DNA of 64,000 nucleotides from an uncultured delta proteobacterium (GTDB lineage Bacteria; Desulfobacterota; Binatia; JACPRU01): NCBI GenBank assembly GCA_963745025.1, contig CAVUWD010000011.1, positions 1 to 64,000 of the forward strand, read 5' to 3'. Shown piece by piece: positions 61,724 to 64,000 of this stretch (position 1 is its first letter; each line of letters starts with the position of its first letter). The notes under the pieces were generated by a model. It saw only the letters and a program-made list of their open reading frames with translations, ran no database searches and was not told where the DNA came from. The position numbers and the translations under genes were made by a program.

Positions 61724-62218
61724 GTGAGGGCGCAGAGGTTACGTAAACTACGCCGTCGACCCTTGCAACCGACCGTCGGCGCGGTGCTCGCCGCTCTGCT
61801 CGTTCTCTTCGCCGCCTGCCGCGATAGTCGCCCGGCGGTCGTGCTGATCCCCAAGGACGGCACGTCCAGTCGCGTGTTCGTCGAAGTCGCCGACACTCCG
61901 GACACGCAGGCGCGCGGCCTCATGTTCCGGAATCATCTCGAGCCCGATCACGGGATGGTGTTCCTTTTCGATACCGAGAAGGACCATTCCTTCTGGATGA
62001 AGAACACGCCAATTCGGCTCGACATGATCTTCATCTCGCGCGACGGGCGTATCGTCGGCATCCACCCGAATGCCGAGCCGTTCTCGCTGACGCCGATCGG
62101 GGTCGGCGCCCCCTCCCGGGTGGTGCTCGAGGTCAACGGGGGGTTCGCGGCGGCGCACGGTCTCGCGGTCGGTGATCACGTGACCTACCGCAACATCGCG
62201 TCGACCAAGCTGCCTTGA
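61724..62218 (+). CDS. DUF192 domain lipoprotein
   Basis: FAAC lipobox, VEVADTP..RGLMFR, GMVFLF, FWMKNTPIRLDMIFI, VLEVNGG; start codon uncertain. Confidence 0.88.
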   Translation: MRAQRLRKLRRRPLQPTVGAVLAALLVLFAACRDSRPAVVLIPKDGTSSRVFVEVADTPDTQARGLMFRNHLEPDHGMVFLFDTEKDHSFWMKNTPIRLDMIFISRDGRIVGIHPNAEPFSLTPIGVGAPSRVVLEVNGGFAAAHGLAVGDHVTYRNIASTKLP

Positions 62219-62274
62219 AAACCCCGCGGACGTAGCATAGTCACCCAGCTTCGCGTTGGGGAGCCGAAACACCC

Positions 62275-63825
62275 ATGGGAGTCAAGGAAAATCTCGAAGA
62301 ACTGGCTCGCCGCAGCGCCGAAGCAGAGCGCGGCGGCGGCGAGGAGAGGATCCGCAAGCAGCACGAAGCGGGGAAGCTCACGGCGCGCGAGCGCGTCGAT
62401 GCGCTGCTCGATCCCGCGACGTTCGTCGAGGTCGACAAGTTCAAGACCCATCGCTCGACCGACTTCGGGATGCAGGAGAGGAAGATCCTCGGCGACGGCG
62501 TGGTCACCGGGTACGGGAAGATCGACGGCCGGCTCGTCTACGTATTCTCACAAGACTTCACGGTCTTCGGCGGCAGCCTTTCCGGGGCGTTCGCCGAGAA
62601 GGTCGTGAAGATCATGGACCTGGCGATGAAGACCGGCGCGCCGGTCATCGGGCTCAACGACTCGGGCGGAGCGCGAATCCAGGAGGGCGTGGTCAGCCTC
62701 GCCGGCTACGCGGACATCTTCCTGCGCAACGTGCTCAGCAGCGGCGTCGTACCGCAGATCTCGGCGATCATGGGGCCGTGCGCCGGCGGCGCCGTCTACT
62801 CCCCCGCGATGACCGACTTCATCTTCATGGTCGAGCAGACGAGCTACATGTTCATCACCGGCCCGGAGGTGATCAAGACCGTCACCCACGAAGAGGTTAC
62901 CAAGGAGGATCTCGGCGGCGCCCACGCTCACAACAGCAAGAGCGGCGTCGCGCACTTCGCCGCCCCCGACGAGAAGCAGTGCCTGGCGATGATCCGCGAG
63001 CTCCTGAGCTTCGTGCCGAGCAACAATCTCGAGGATCCGCCGTTCCAGCCCAACGACGACGACCCCAACCGCCGCGACGAGGCGCTCGACCTGCTGATTC
63101 CTCCCAACCCGAACAAGCCCTACGACATGAAGGAGCTCATCACCGCGGTGGTCGATGAGAATTACTTCTTCGAGGTGCAGCGCGAGTATGCCGAGAACAT
63201 CATCGTCGGCTTCGCGCGGCTCGGCGGGCGCTCGGTCGGCATCGTCGCCAACCAGCCGGCGCACCTCGCTGGCTGCCTCGACATCAGCGCTTCGATCAAG
63301 GCCGCCCGCTTCGTCCGCTTTTGCGATTGCTTCAACATCCCGCTCGTCACGTTCGTGGACGTGCCGGGCTTCTTGCCGGGGACTGCGCAAGAATACGGCG
63401 GTATCATCACCCACGGAGCCAAGCTTCTCTACGCGTTCTGCGAGGCCACGGTGCCGAAGGTCACCGTGATCACGCGCAAAGCGTACGGCGGAGCCTACGA
63501 CGTCATGTCGTCCAAGCACATCCGCGGCGACATCAACTACGCCTATCCGGGTGCAGAGATTGCGGTCATGGGCCCGGACGGCGCCGTCAGCATCATCTTC
63601 AACGATCAGATCCGCAAATCGAAGAAGCCCGACGAGGAGCGGATGCGTCTGGTGGACGAGTACCGGCACACCTTCGCCAATCCATGGAAGGTCGCGGAGC
63701 TCGGTTACATCGACGACATCATCATGCCCGAGGACACGCGTCCGCGGCTCATCAAGGCGCTGGAGATGTTGCAGAACAAGCGCGACAAGAATCCTGCGAA
63801 GAAGCATGGAAACATTCCGCTGTGA
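62275..63825 (+). CDS. pccB: Propionyl-CoA carboxylase beta subunit
   Basis: [65 protein letters not shown]. Confidence 0.93.
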   Translation: MGVKENLEELARRSAEAERGGGEERIRKQHEAGKLTARERVDALLDPATFVEVDKFKTHRSTDFGMQERKILGDGVVTGYGKIDGRLVYVFSQDFTVFGGSLSGAFAEKVVKIMDLAMKTGAPVIGLNDSGGARIQEGVVSLAGYADIFLRNVLSSGVVPQISAIMGPCAGGAVYSPAMTDFIFMVEQTSYMFITGPEVIKTVTHEEVTKEDLGGAHAHNSKSGVAHFAAPDEKQCLAMIRELLSFVPSNNLEDPPFQPNDDDPNRRDEALDLLIPPNPNKPYDMKELITAVVDENYFFEVQREYAENIIVGFARLGGRSVGIVANQPAHLAGCLDISASIKAARFVRFCDCFNIPLVTFVDVPGFLPGTAQEYGGIITHGAKLLYAFCEATVPKVTVITRKAYGGAYDVMSSKHIRGDINYAYPGAEIAVMGPDGAVSIIFNDQIRKSKKPDEERMRLVDEYRHTFANPWKVAELGYIDDIIMPEDTRPRLIKALEMLQNKRDKNPAKKHGNIPL

Positions 63826-63832
63826 GGAAAGA

Positions 63833-63916
63833 CGGCTACAGGTTACTGGCTACAGGCTCCGGGAAAAGACTCCGTGGATCCTCTCCTGTAGCCCGTAGCC
63901 CGTAGCCCGTAGCCCG
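63833..63916. repeat. Heptamer-built intergenic inverted repeat, copy 7
   Basis: GGCTACA GGTTACT GGCTACA GGCTCC, spacer GGGAAAAGACTCCGTGG, then (GTAGCCC)4. Confidence 0.85.
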
Positions 63917-64000
63917 ATGTTCAAGAAAGTCCTGATCGCAAATCGAGGCGAGATCGCCGTGCGCGTGATCCGCGCCTGCCGCGAGCTCGGCGTCGAGACC
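63917..64000 (+). CDS. Biotin carboxylase subunit (PccA/AccC), runs off the window edge
   Basis: [28 protein letters not shown]. Confidence 0.9.
   Translation, partial: MFKKVLIANRGEIAVRVIRACRELGVET

Overview
GC-rich bacterial sequence that looks like a chimeric, indel-rich long-read contig of three unrelated pieces. (1) 1-~4560: a gas vesicle (gvp) cluster, gvpF-gvpG-[two-domain ArsA/GET3-like ATPase]-gvpL-gvpA/J/S family-gvpF/L, cut at a junction with an adapter-like remnant. (2) ~4590-~11540: a segment whose gene content looks betaproteobacterial (Burkholderiales-like, inferred): two EamA transporters, a TIMP-like secreted protein, VOC protein, asparaginase II, LysR, alpha/beta hydrolase and the start of a xanthine/aldehyde oxidoreductase operon behind a MerR-type promoter. 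(3) ~11540-64000: a segment whose gene content suggests Deltaproteobacteria/Ca. Binatia (inferred). It holds rpmE-prfA-prmC-murA, glpK, dapL-folK, an ethylmalonyl-CoA pathway neighbourhood (mcd, Chloroflexus-type mcl, citE-like, divergent sucCD-like ligase, ecm, epimerase), ilvB, a Cys-rich tandem-repeat RTX protein, methylcrotonyl- and propionyl-CoA carboxylases, etfBA and a FadF/EtfD-like oxidoreductase. The best candidates for undescribed systems are: an ECF sigma factor coupled to an anti-sigma-like/Ogt/Ada-Zn fusion; a four-gene secreted cassette (Ig/PKD protein, immunity-like protein, Zn-phospholipase C-like enzyme, GspC/PilP-like protein); a GET3-like ATPase embedded in the gvp operon; and seven heptamer-built intergenic hairpins. 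No tRNA, rRNA, CRISPR array or transposase was seen. All family calls come from motif recognition by eye; no searches were run.
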